A stretch of 64,000 bases of DNA from a virus. The stretch covers positions 72,854 through 136,853 of the IMG/VR virus record IMGVR_UViG_3300047095_000811; one strand, 5' to 3'. Shown in pieces: positions 1 to 9,051 of this stretch. Positions within the stretch are counted from its first letter, which is position 1. Each line of letters begins with the position of its first letter. A program made the position numbers and the translations under genes. A model generated the notes under the pieces. That model did not search any database. It had not been told where the DNA came from and saw only the letters and a program-made list of their open reading frames with translations.

Positions 1-316
1 TCACGTTGTCCAGACCGAGGGACAGGACGATGTTGGAGTACTCTGCATCACCCGGCAGAACACGGATGAAGTAAGCCTCACCGCCTGCGCCCAGCCAGTT
101 GTACACGTTGTACATGGACTGGCCGGTGATCGGCATGTTGGGTTCGCCGAAGATGAACTTGGCTTCATCCTTGGTGGTGAGTCTTGTCAGAATGTTGTCA
201 GGGCCTTTCACGGCCTTGCCGCATGCGAAAAGAACCGTCGTACCCGCCGCAGTCTGGAAGACGAACGAGTTGTCGATGATTCTCGAATGCACTGACGGAT
301 GCAAATATTCAGGCAT
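1..316 (-). CDS. tail sheath protein, N-terminal part (runs off the window)
   Basis: Manual translation from ATG 316: MPEYLHPSVHSRIIDNSFVFQTAAGTTVLFACGKAVKGPDN...FIFGEPN...YNWLGAGGEAYFIRV, a typical contractile sheath N-terminus. AACA-N6-TA motif upstream at 395-406. Confidence 0.8.
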   Translation of the reverse strand, partial: MPEYLHPSVHSRIIDNSFVFQTAAGTTVLFACGKAVKGPDNILTRLTTKDEAKFIFGEPNMPITGQSMYNVYNWLGAGGEAYFIRVLPGDAEYSNIVLSLGLDNV

Positions 317-419
317 AGTTTCTTTCCTTAAGTGAGAAAGTGTGCATAGCTTCCGAAGCCCTTGCACAATGTCAAAGGTTTTGGGATAGCCTTCTAAGTA
401 GTTGTTTGGGAGGACCCTG

Positions 420-1118
420 TCAATATTTGAGGATCTTCTCTACCGGCGAGATGATCTGGTCCTTTTCGCCGCGAGACATGATGACTGCGGACTGCAACGA
501 CTTATTGATGTCTTCGAAGGAGATTGCGTTGAAGACGGAGGTGACGCGGGAGATCTCCTTGATCGAGATGAGCTTGAAATCCTTCGGCGAAACGCTCTTG
601 TCCTTCAAGGCGAGGCGGAGAGGCTTCGTCTCATCCTTGTCCCAGCGGACCAACTCGGACGTGATAGCTTCGATGACGACCGGCTGAGACGCTACACGGG
701 TGTCGTTCATCTGAGCGTTCTTGGAGAACAGGCCGATCAGCTCTTCCGGAGAATTCACGTTGATCTTTGCGGCGATCAAGTAGTTTAGGAACTTATTGAC
801 CGAATCGACCCGCTTGAAGTACGTGGTCGACTCGATGATTACGTCTTCCGGTTCGAACGTCACGTACTTCCCTTCGGAGTCGTCGGTGGCATTGAACGCG
901 TTGATTTTGATGACAACAGGAAGGTTGACCTGATAGTCTTTGTACTTGGCGAAAGAGGCGTCGTCCGAGACCCTCATCACGAAGAAGCCGAGAGTCTGGA
1001 TGTCGGTGTCGATCACCTCTGCCAGTTCATCCTCGAACATCTGCTTCGAGATGATCACTCGGATGTACTTCTTCGCGATCACCTTGTTGTCTTTCTGCTC
1101 TATGAAGGGAAACTTCAT
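420..1118 (-). CDS. phage RNA polymerase beta-prime C-terminal subunit (probably virion RNAP)
   Basis: C-terminal SIKEISRVTSVFNAISFEDINKSL...SPVEKIL resembles the beta-prime C-terminal conserved region. RBS AAGGA precedes ATG 1118 (the ORF track starts at 1181). Lies in the terminase operon. Confidence 0.7.
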   Translation of the reverse strand: MKFPFIEQKDNKVIAKKYIRVIISKQMFEDELAEVIDTDIQTLGFFVMRVSDDASFAKYKDYQVNLPVVIKINAFNATDDSEGKYVTFEPEDVIIESTTYFKRVDSVNKFLNYLIAAKINVNSPEELIGLFSKNAQMNDTRVASQPVVIEAITSELVRWDKDETKPLRLALKDKSVSPKDFKLISIKEISRVTSVFNAISFEDINKSLQSAVIMSRGEKDQIISPVEKILKY

Positions 1119-1182
1119 CTTGAATTCCTTACAGTGATCTAGGTAGATGTTCCCGTATGGCGTTAACCATACGGGAGACACA

Positions 1183-1782
1183 TCACACTTTCTTGAAGAT
1201 CTCGTAAGCCTTACCGCCGAGTACCGGAATCAGGCCGAGGCGGGAGTTGGTGCGCATGATCATGAAGGCGAACTTCACGAAGACGGCGTACTCCTTCGGG
1301 TTAGCGCAGTTCTTGGCGAACAGGTTCACCGTGTTGAACATGCAGATCATCTTCTCGCGGAACTCGGCGTCCTTGATAGAGTCGATGGTCTGCATCACCT
1401 TCTGGTAGTGGAGGCCGACGATCCGGTTGCGGCGGTACAGGGAGCGCATTTCGCGTTCGTCCGTCAGGCGCAGGGAATTTAGGCGCTTCACCCCGGAGAT
1501 GTCCACCATCTCCAGAATCTTCTCGGAGTTATTGATCAGATCGGCGTTCATCAAGACGTTCTTGGCTGCGGCAATCTGGTGGGGCTGGCTCTCGGGGTCG
1601 GCGATGTCGGCTTCTGCCTTCTTCGTCATCCCCTCAAGGTACATGTTCATCACATCGACGTAGCCCTTGCGGATGTCTTCCACGTCTTGCTTCAGCGCGG
1701 CCAGCTTGCCAGCCACGTCCTCTTGGAGGTCGAATTCTTCGCCCAACTCTTCAAGAGTCACTTCGTCCTTTTGTTCTTGCAT
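1183..1782 (-). CDS. hypothetical protein
   Basis: 199-aa ORF, translationally coupled to the upstream gene, genome-typical codon usage. Confidence 0.75.
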   Translation of the reverse strand: MQEQKDEVTLEELGEEFDLQEDVAGKLAALKQDVEDIRKGYVDVMNMYLEGMTKKAEADIADPESQPHQIAAAKNVLMNADLINNSEKILEMVDISGVKRLNSLRLTDEREMRSLYRRNRIVGLHYQKVMQTIDSIKDAEFREKMICMFNTVNLFAKNCANPKEYAVFVKFAFMIMRTNSRLGLIPVLGGKAYEIFKKV

Positions 1783-2528
1783 CAGTTCAGTCCTTTTAGT
1801 TTTTCGACGAGTTCGTCGCGGAACTCGGTTGTGATGTGAGGGAAGTCGTCGTGCTCGGGGAAGTCGCAGACGTAGCGATGGAAAGCCTCGCAGACGTCCA
1901 TCCCGTCAAAGATCTTGTGGATCGTGGAGACTTGGTCGTAGTTCAGCACCAGTCCGTTGATTTCCTCGGTGAGGTCAGCTCCGCTGGAGATGTACTCTGC
2001 GGCAATTTCTTGATAGAACGCGACGAGGCTGATGTATGTCGGAGAGATCTCCGGGACTTCTTCCTTCAGGCGTGGGAGCATGAAGTCTTTCTTCGTCTCT
2101 TTCTTGAACCGCTGGGCGAGATCTTTGCGCTGGGAGATTGCGGATGCAACCATCATGTCCAGAACGTTGCGGCGGCGGTTGAAGTAGAAGAAGTAGTAGA
2201 CGAAGCGCATGTCGGACTGCGAGTCTACAGAGACTGCGGAGGGTTCGATTACTCCTTCGTAGTCCTTGGTGAACTGTTCGTAGATCAGAGTCCACACGGT
2301 CTTCTTGAGCTCTTCGAGAGACTCGCGGTGGTCGTTTTCTTGGGCCACCACGATGGACATGTTGATCTTCTCCAGAATCGCTTCTAGGTAGTCGGTGCTC
2401 TGGGTCTCAAGCTGGAGGCTTTTATTGGCGAGGAACTCCTGAAGCCCCTCGTGCAGAAGGGCGTAGGACTCCTCCATGTAAGCCTCGGGCTCGATGGCGC
2501 TAGGGCTCAGGGAGTCGAGATTGCTCAT
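1782..2528 (-). CDS. hypothetical protein
   Basis: 248-aa ORF directly after the terminase. Confidence 0.75.
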   Translation of the reverse strand: MSNLDSLSPSAIEPEAYMEESYALLHEGLQEFLANKSLQLETQSTDYLEAILEKINMSIVVAQENDHRESLEELKKTVWTLIYEQFTKDYEGVIEPSAVSVDSQSDMRFVYYFFYFNRRRNVLDMMVASAISQRKDLAQRFKKETKKDFMLPRLKEEVPEISPTYISLVAFYQEIAAEYISSGADLTEEINGLVLNYDQVSTIHKIFDGMDVCEAFHRYVCDFPEHDDFPHITTEFRDELVEKLKGLN

Positions 2529-2530
2529 TT

Positions 2531-4591
2531 TTATTTCCGTAGAATGCTGAGAGTTGATGTATTAATCACCAGTTCGCGTTTACCGTTCTTGGGTGAGAAC
2601 TTGTCCTTGGCGTACTTCAATATGTCGATACCACGGTCGTGGAGGTCAATCATTTCTTGAAGAGAGAGACCGGACACGATCTCGGGTGCCTTCTGGACGC
2701 GGTTCAGGTCGGCGATCGAGCGCGGGACGCTCTTCCCTGAAGACACGACCTGCGCGTTTGCCGAAATCGACGAGCTGGTGCGAAGGAAGTGCGAGATCGA
2801 GTTACCGTAGGCGACTGCGTAGCGGACGAAGAGGTATGCGAAGAGAACGTCATCATGGCATCCCCGCTCGTGCTCCACCTTGCCCTTGGAGTCGTACACC
2901 AAGGTCTTGACCTCGTCGTACAGATCCTTGACGCCAAGCAGGTTCGGGTCCTCGTCGACGACCTGAACCAGCAGGTCGATCATCGCATCGCGGGACTGCT
3001 GCGTGGTGTTCACGCCGTACGTGATGTTGTCCTTCTTCGTCCGGTAGAGCTTATCCTTGTCCTTGTCCTTGATAGGGTAATCGTAGAAAAGGTTGTTAGG
3101 GATTCTCCGCACCAGATGGTCGACGAGCGACTTACCGTAGCTGTTCCGTTCGATCACTAGGACGGAGTCGGTCAGCAGGTTCTTTACCACCCACTCAAGC
3201 AGGGACGAGTAGTACGCGAGGTTGATCTTGTTGTTTCTGAAGATCGCACAGGGGTACATGTCGATCGGATCGACCACGACGAAGGCAGACGAGTCGTTGC
3301 CCGTGCCGCCAGAAGTATCGACGCCGATCAGGTAGCGTTTGCTCTTCTCAAGCGGGCGGTACACCTTGAGCGGGTACTTCTCAAACACCTTCCCGGTCAC
3401 CACGTCCGGGTCGTCGGTGACGGACATGAAGACCGTCTCGATCGGCTCCTCGACGAGGTGAGAGTAGATGACGTCCAGCTGCTCTTCAGAGAAGACCGAG
3501 TTATCGGAAGCCTTCGTCCATTCAAGGTCGATCTCTCGGCGGATGACCAGCTGGTCGTTGGTCAGGGCGCGACATTCTTTGTTGTACCAAGCGTCGTCCA
3601 ACCCAAGCTGCTGCCAAGTGAACTTGATGTACAAGAAGTCGTTGCTGGAGTTCGCGGTGATGTACGCTCTCGCATCCTCCTGATTCATGTCGTACAGCTC
3701 CTCGGTGAACTCGCAGGCCCCCATGATCATGGAGTGGCAGTATTCGCCCTCTGCGGAGTCGAGGTTGTTTGGCGTAGTCGTGATAATCTTGGAGAAGGGC
3801 TTGCCGTTATCCTTAGCGATCTCGGCGACCTTAGACTGCGCGGGGGCAGCAGATTTGTACACGACGCCGTTGTGGCGGAGGAAGGCAAACTCGTCCAGCC
3901 AGAGGATCGGGGTGGTCATACCGCGTCCCTGCTTGTCAGCAGCTTCGTGCGAATTCGGAGAGCCGGAGCACTTGATCGAGTTGTTGCGCTTGGCGTTGAT
4001 GATGGACTCGATGTTGTTCGTGTCCTCGTCATTGAAGATTGCTTCCTGCACGTAGTCTGGCAGCAGGCCGCGAATATCCTTCAGGCGCTTGAGGTTGTTG
4101 TTCGCGTCAGCCACGCTCTTGTTGGAGAACAGCATCTGCGAGTTGGTGGTGCCGAAGTCGTAGATCCAAGCGAGGATCGCAGCCACCGACATGGTCTTGC
4201 CCTTCTGCCGTGGCAGCAGAAGGATCGGATTGAAATTGTTCAGCACAGCCCAGACCACGGCAAGGTTGCCGCGATGGAGCTCAAACCGAAGGGCCTTACC
4301 CGGAGCCGGGATGCGGGCCACCTCTCTCAGGAAGTACCAAGGATTGCGGACGATCTCAGTGATGACCCTTGCTTTCTCGTCCCTGGTGATGCGCTTGTTG
4401 TGCGGATCGACATTCATCAGGCTCTTGTCGTACAGGCGCAGGAAGAACTTGTTGTTCGATACCCCCTGTTCCTTCAGGTGCTTAAAGAGCTTGACAAACG
4501 ATATGTTCTTCGTTGTCGTATGAATGGTGTAGTCGTCGTACACCACTTTGCCGAAGTAAGGATCAACCTCACTCCGCTTTTTGGCCGTCAT
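2531..4591 (-). CDS. terL: terminase large subunit
   Basis: Walker A LPRQKGKT, Walker B WLDEFAF, ITTTPN coupling motif, nuclease motifs IGVDTSGG and HDD. RBS GGAG before ATG 4591. Confidence 0.93.
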   Translation of the reverse strand: MTAKKRSEVDPYFGKVVYDDYTIHTTTKNISFVKLFKHLKEQGVSNNKFFLRLYDKSLMNVDPHNKRITRDEKARVITEIVRNPWYFLREVARIPAPGKALRFELHRGNLAVVWAVLNNFNPILLLPRQKGKTMSVAAILAWIYDFGTTNSQMLFSNKSVADANNNLKRLKDIRGLLPDYVQEAIFNDEDTNNIESIINAKRNNSIKCSGSPNSHEAADKQGRGMTTPILWLDEFAFLRHNGVVYKSAAPAQSKVAEIAKDNGKPFSKIITTTPNNLDSAEGEYCHSMIMGACEFTEELYDMNQEDARAYITANSSNDFLYIKFTWQQLGLDDAWYNKECRALTNDQLVIRREIDLEWTKASDNSVFSEEQLDVIYSHLVEEPIETVFMSVTDDPDVVTGKVFEKYPLKVYRPLEKSKRYLIGVDTSGGTGNDSSAFVVVDPIDMYPCAIFRNNKINLAYYSSLLEWVVKNLLTDSVLVIERNSYGKSLVDHLVRRIPNNLFYDYPIKDKDKDKLYRTKKDNITYGVNTTQQSRDAMIDLLVQVVDEDPNLLGVKDLYDEVKTLVYDSKGKVEHERGCHDDVLFAYLFVRYAVAYGNSISHFLRTSSSISANAQVVSSGKSVPRSIADLNRVQKAPEIVSGLSLQEMIDLHDRGIDILKYAKDKFSPKNGKRELVINTSTLSILRK

Positions 4592-4602
4592 GGTTACTCC
4601 GA

Positions 4603-4636
4603 AAAAAAAAGAGGACACTATCTAAGTGTCCTCTTT
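4603..4636 (-). promoter_or_regulatory. terminator-like hairpin containing a late promoter motif (GACA-cttaga-TA)
   Basis: Inverted repeat AGAGGACACT...AGTGTCCTCT followed by a T-run on the minus strand; motif at 4619-4630, just upstream of terL. Confidence 0.6.
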
Positions 4637-4647
4637 CTCGCAGAGGT

Positions 4648-4893
4648 TTACGCCTCTACGTGGAACATCCCGTCGCCTTGTGGGCAAAGGTCATCCAGTT
4701 CGTCGAGCTGAGAATCGAAGAATTCCTTGAAGGCTTTTTCGGCCTTCTGGACCATGCGCTTCACACCCGACATCGAGTCACGGCGCTTCTTCTTCGGCGC
4801 TTCAGTCTTGATACCCCAGTACTCCGGCATCTCCTGAAGCATCTCTTGCTGTTCGATCTCGTAAGTCGCCTTGGCTACCATCGATGCGTCCAT
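4648..4893 (-). CDS. hypothetical protein
   Basis: 81-aa ORF with GGAG RBS. Confidence 0.65.
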   Translation of the reverse strand: MDASMVAKATYEIEQQEMLQEMPEYWGIKTEAPKKKRRDSMSGVKRMVQKAEKAFKEFFDSQLDELDDLCPQGDGMFHVEA

Positions 4894-4907
4894 CTCTGGT
4901 CTCCTTC

Positions 4908-5102
4908 TCAGTGGCGAGTTTGATTCAGTTCGACTTCCAGATAGCTCTGGACGTCAGACATCTTCTCTTCGCCGTCGAAGACGAACTGTTGCCCCGCGAT
5001 CTCAACGATCACGCTGCTGCTTTCCGCCGGGAAAGTCATGGTGCCTTTGAGTGCCCCGATTTTGATCTTGGTGACCAAGTCTTTTTGTTGTACTGTTGCC
5101 AT
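4908..5102 (-). CDS. hypothetical protein
   Basis: 64-aa ORF with AAGGA RBS; AGATATTAT motif upstream at 5156-5164. Confidence 0.65.
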   Translation of the reverse strand: MATVQQKDLVTKIKIGALKGTMTFPAESSSVIVEIAGQQFVFDGEEKMSDVQSYLEVELNQTRH

Positions 5103-5190
5103 TTCAAGGATTCCTTTGCAAAGAAAGGTATCGATAACGCACCGATACCACGATAATAATATCTCCGAATCTGACGGGCAGTTACGGTAA

Positions 5191-5229
5191 AAGAAAAAAA
5201 GAACAGCGGATGCCGCAATGGCATCCGCT
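5191..5229 (-). terminator. intrinsic terminator
   Basis: AGCGGATGCC-gcaat-GGCATCCGCT hairpin with a T-tract on the minus strand, after the kinase gene. Confidence 0.75.
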
Positions 5230-5234
5230 TCTTG

Positions 5235-5855
5235 TTACACCGTCTCGGTGTGCTCTTGGTGGTAGTGATCGCGGATCACAGAAATCTTGGCAAGGTAGTC
5301 GACAATCGTTCTCGGATTGACGTACTTACCGTTCCCGTTCCGCCAGATCGCGTTAGCCATCTGGAGCACTTGGCGCTCCTTGGTGATGAAGTCGTCGTCG
5401 CGACCGATCCGAGCCATGCGGTCTTCCACGCTCAGCTCTTCGTAGTTGACGTCGAGGCCGATCGTCACGATGTTGTAACCAGAGGCAATGTGGTTGTTGC
5501 GCTGGTTCTTTTCCAGCAGATCCTGCAGACCCTCTTCGGCGAGGATGATGGTGGCAATCTTGCCGTCCACGAAGTCGGGGAGTGAACCGTACAGGTCCTT
5601 GAAGATGGATCCGGGATTGGTGCCGAGTACCCCGATCAGGTCGTCCTGCAGGTACCCGAAGGTTTGGCGCTGGATGAAGATGTAGGGGTCGCCTTGGCGC
5701 TCACCGGGGCGCATGGCGCGGGTGGAGAACTGCTGCAGCTTGTAGAACAGCTCCGGATAGTCAGAGATGAGGTTCTTTTCGAGGGTGCTCTTGCCAGAGC
5801 CGGAGACGCCGACGATCGCGAGGATGGTGGGCTTGAGAATCGAGAAGTGTTCCAT
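5235..5855 (-). CDS. guanylate kinase-like nucleoside monophosphate kinase
   Basis: P-loop GVSGSGKST and GMK signature STRAMRPGERQGDPYIF. Confidence 0.8.
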   Translation of the reverse strand: MEHFSILKPTILAIVGVSGSGKSTLEKNLISDYPELFYKLQQFSTRAMRPGERQGDPYIFIQRQTFGYLQDDLIGVLGTNPGSIFKDLYGSLPDFVDGKIATIILAEEGLQDLLEKNQRNNHIASGYNIVTIGLDVNYEELSVEDRMARIGRDDDFITKERQVLQMANAIWRNGNGKYVNPRTIVDYLAKISVIRDHYHQEHTETV

Positions 5856-5984
5856 CTGGGTTTCCTTTCACATTAGAGGACACATTCATTATATATCCTA
5901 AAACGCTGTTTAGCTTTATGACGAATCTGCAAATGCGTCCCTCATATATGATGCTTATGAGATTAAACCTATATGGGGTGTACA

Positions 5985-6248
5985 ATGAACAACTCGCAAA
6001 TCGTTTCGTTCGAAGTAACAGAAGGTGAACTTCTGGAGATCATGACGCGCTCGGCTTCTCAAGAGACTCTTAAGAGACTGAACCGTGTGCGCAGCCAGAT
6101 GGCCGATCTAGCCAGACAGGAAGCAGAACTTCTTGAGAGCCTTCAGAGAGACCGCCTCCGCTTGGATCAATTAGAGCGCCGCAACCAGCTGAATCGCGAC
6201 ATCACCAGGACAATTACGTATGATGCAATGGCACGTCGCCGCTTCTGA
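5985..6248 (+). CDS. hypothetical coiled-coil protein
   Basis: ORF from ATG 5985; ATATATGAT motif at 5944-5952. Confidence 0.65.
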   Translation: MNNSQIVSFEVTEGELLEIMTRSASQETLKRLNRVRSQMADLARQEAELLESLQRDRLRLDQLERRNQLNRDITRTITYDAMARRRF

Positions 6249-6306
6249 TGTAAGAAAAATCACCGGACATTACTATAGTACGGTGATTTTTTTTTGAGAG
6301 GTTATC

Positions 6307-6639
6307 ATGGGTACGCTAAGAGAACTTGGGTCGAAGCTCGACCATTCCATCAGAGAGGTGAACAGCCCTCACTGGTCTTTGACTAAGCTGGGCATGCTGT
6401 TCTTCCTTTTTCCGTCCATCACCGGCGTCTTCATCTACGACGCCATCATCAATAAGCGCATGGACTGGATGAACACCGCCATCTTCATCACTGGCATCGT
6501 GACTCCCCGTCTCATCAGCCAGATCCTTGCAGCTCGCTTCGGCTATCAAGGGAAAAACGGCGAGAAGCTGGACGGAGACAACTCCATTGACGCCAGCCCT
6601 AAAGATGAAGGCGTCGTCGAACAAGCTGAGAAGAAGTAA
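6307..6639 (+). CDS. small two-TM membrane protein (holin-like topology)
   Basis: Two hydrophobic segments, charged C-terminal tail, late promoter motif at 6266-6277. Holin role is inference only. Confidence 0.5.
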   Translation: MGTLRELGSKLDHSIREVNSPHWSLTKLGMLFFLFPSITGVFIYDAIINKRMDWMNTAIFITGIVTPRLISQILAARFGYQGKNGEKLDGDNSIDASPKDEGVVEQAEKK

Positions 6640-6641
6640 TT

Positions 6642-6671
6642 AAAACCCCCATACCCGCGAAGGGTATGGGG
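6642..6671. terminator. terminator hairpin between convergent genes
   Basis: CCCCATACCC-gcgaa-GGGTATGGGG. Confidence 0.7.
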
Positions 6672-6699
6672 ATCTAACGCTGAAGGTCACCAGAGGCGA

Positions 6700-7110
6700 T
6701 TACTTCTTGGCGACGGGCTTCTTGGTCGGCAGCTTCGGAGCGACCTTCTTGACCGGAGCAGCTTCAGCCTTGGCGGCGGGCTTGGCAGCAGCCTTGGCCG
6801 GAGCCTTCTTGGCCTTCTTCTCGGAGTCCAGAACGCGGACGGCCTTGGCGACCTTGAACTTCAGGGTGCTGTAGGCTTCGACGGCGACGGTCTCGCCGGT
6901 ACGGGGGTTGATGCGATCGCGAGCCGGGTTGTGAGCCCAACGGAAGGTGCCCAGCTTGGTGCGGACGCTTTCCTTCTCTTGGCAGACAGCCAGCAGGCCG
7001 GACAGGGTGGCTTCCACGTACTGTTCGGTTTCCTTCTTGTTGGCGGTCACACCGGCCTTGGCCAGCTCGGCTTGAACGGAGGCGATCAGATCGTCTTTGA
7101 TGGCAGACAT
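6700..7110 (-). CDS. HU/IHF-family DNA-binding protein with K/A/P-rich C-terminal tail
   Basis: HU arm motif LGTFRW...ARDRINPRTGETVAVEAYSTLKFK; histone H1-like tail. Confidence 0.88.
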   Translation of the reverse strand: MSAIKDDLIASVQAELAKAGVTANKKETEQYVEATLSGLLAVCQEKESVRTKLGTFRWAHNPARDRINPRTGETVAVEAYSTLKFKVAKAVRVLDSEKKAKKAPAKAAAKPAAKAEAAPVKKVAPKLPTKKPVAKK

Positions 7111-7351
7111 GCTTTTATCCTTTTTGGAAATTGATGAAACGGGTGAGTTGTGAAGTGGTGCCCGTTGCCCTTACGGTCTATTGGGCGACCACAGGCTACT
7201 ATTATGTTAGGCTTGCGCGGCATCGAAAAAGTCCGAACTAAGTACCGAAACTAGTTATGACCAATGAGATTGCGTGGCGCAAATCTGGTCTCATCAAGAA
7301 AAATGACGGAATGGCCGAAAATGGCCATTCCGCAGTTCACAAACATTCTTT

Positions 7352-7999
7352 TCAGTCCGCGAGCAGATGAGTCTCGATGATTTCCAGCAGGGTCTTCTTG
7401 CTGATGTTGCGTTCCGTCTCGATCTGCTTGACGATCTCGTCCGGCAGCGAGGCGGTCAGCGCCTTCAGGAACTTCAGCAGTTCTGCCTTGGTGTAGACGG
7501 CATACTGATCTGCAGTTAGAAGGTGGAGGCTGATGGAGTCGTCAGAGGTCTCGATGGTGTCCAGCAGACTTTCGGGGAGCTTGACTTCCTCTTCAGCCTG
7601 CTCTTCGGGAGCAGATTCCTCTTCAGAGGATTCCTCTTCGGAAGGAGCATCCTCTTCGGATTTTTCTTCCTCGGAAGGTTGCTCTTCCTCGGTCGATTCT
7701 TGCTGCTCCGGCTGCTCTACCACTTCGGTCTGAGACGCTGCTTCTTCAACAACGGTCTCTTCGACCTTTTCTTCGAACACTTCAGGAGCCTTTACTGCCT
7801 CGGTGTGATCGATGTTCTCGATGCCACCATCGGCGTAAACTACCTGCTTCACGATGACCTCGAAACCGTTCTCGGTCAGGAAGCGGTACTCACTCTTGGG
7901 AATGGTGACGTTGTGCAGAGGTCCAGTACGGCGGAAATACCCAACGAATTTGTTGTCAAGGATGTCCACCTTCAGGAATGTGATTTTCGAAAGATCCAT
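7352..7999 (-). CDS. hypothetical protein with Glu-rich linker
   Basis: 215-aa ORF with AAGGA RBS; terminator hairpin at about 7300-7332. Confidence 0.75.
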   Translation of the reverse strand: MDLSKITFLKVDILDNKFVGYFRRTGPLHNVTIPKSEYRFLTENGFEVIVKQVVYADGGIENIDHTEAVKAPEVFEEKVEETVVEEAASQTEVVEQPEQQESTEEEQPSEEEKSEEDAPSEEESSEEESAPEEQAEEEVKLPESLLDTIETSDDSISLHLLTADQYAVYTKAELLKFLKALTASLPDEIVKQIETERNISKKTLLEIIETHLLAD

Positions 8000-8072
8000 T
8001 TGTTTTCCTTTGGGTTAGAAACGATCTTACTGTGCGATGACAGTAAGATCGTTCCGTGAATCAAACCGTTGA

Positions 8073-8984
8073 TCAGTCTTCGCTGTCGTCGCCGGTGGAG
8101 TCGTCGCTTGCCAACTCGTCGATGCTGGACAGGAAGTCGTCCTCATCGAAGTTGTCGGGCAGGTCGCCGCCTTCGTCATCGTCACAACCTTCGTCGTCGA
8201 TGTCATCGTCATCTTCGACGCCGTCATCATCGGTGGGCAGGTCGTTGTTGTCGGTGATCGCGTTGTCCGCAGATTCGCCGAGCAGGTAGCTCAGATAAGC
8301 GGGACCATTCAGGGTCTCGCCGAGGTTGTCGGCGGTCTTCAGGGTGTCGTTCTGATGGGTACCGACGGGGTGATCGACGGTTGTCTCGATGCTGTTCTCT
8401 TCAGCACTGCCTTCTTTATCGTTGACTTCGTCAGCAACGTTGGATGCAGTGATCTTGCCAGCAATCAGGTCATCCAGTTCGATCGGAACGCCAGCAGCTT
8501 CAGCATGTTTGGTGGAAACGCTGCGGCGAAGAGTGTTGCCGCCAGTCAGAATCTCATCGAAGCTCGTCGGCATGTCATTGAACTGCACGGAGAGATCGGA
8601 GTTGATGGAATCGGCGCTATTACGAACCACAAAATCGTGGTTCAGCTGACCGGGGCCACCGGGAATCATCGCTTCGTTCAGGTCCTTGTCACCTTCGGAA
8701 GCATGGCCACCGTGGTTGTCCGGATCATACAGATCGGCGAGGTCGTCGTTGGTGATGCCAGCGATCTGGTCTTGGTTGAAGAATTGGTACTTGTCGAAGT
8801 CACCGACGCCGCCGAGTTCCTTGACGGAGTTCGGGTTAACCGGCAGGTCAGCGGTTTCGACGAGGAAGGCCATGTCGGAAACGTCGCAGATCGCTTCTTC
8901 CACGGAGAGGGTCTCTCTCAGGGACAGTTCGGCGAGTTCAGCTTCGCTGAGGACATCGATCTTCTCTTTCAAAAGTGTGCTCAT
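8073..8984 (-). CDS. highly acidic late protein (possible head/scaffold component)
   Basis: 303 aa, Asp-rich tail, late promoter motif at 9031-9042; function inferred. Confidence 0.6.
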   Translation of the reverse strand: MSTLLKEKIDVLSEAELAELSLRETLSVEEAICDVSDMAFLVETADLPVNPNSVKELGGVGDFDKYQFFNQDQIAGITNDDLADLYDPDNHGGHASEGDKDLNEAMIPGGPGQLNHDFVVRNSADSINSDLSVQFNDMPTSFDEILTGGNTLRRSVSTKHAEAAGVPIELDDLIAGKITASNVADEVNDKEGSAEENSIETTVDHPVGTHQNDTLKTADNLGETLNGPAYLSYLLGESADNAITDNNDLPTDDDGVEDDDDIDDEGCDDDEGGDLPDNFDEDDFLSSIDELASDDSTGDDSED

Positions 8985-9051
8985 GTTTGATTTCCTTGTG
9001 AACTTAAGGCGGGAGCCAATAGAGAAATTCTAAATTTCTGTTTGGCGAAAT

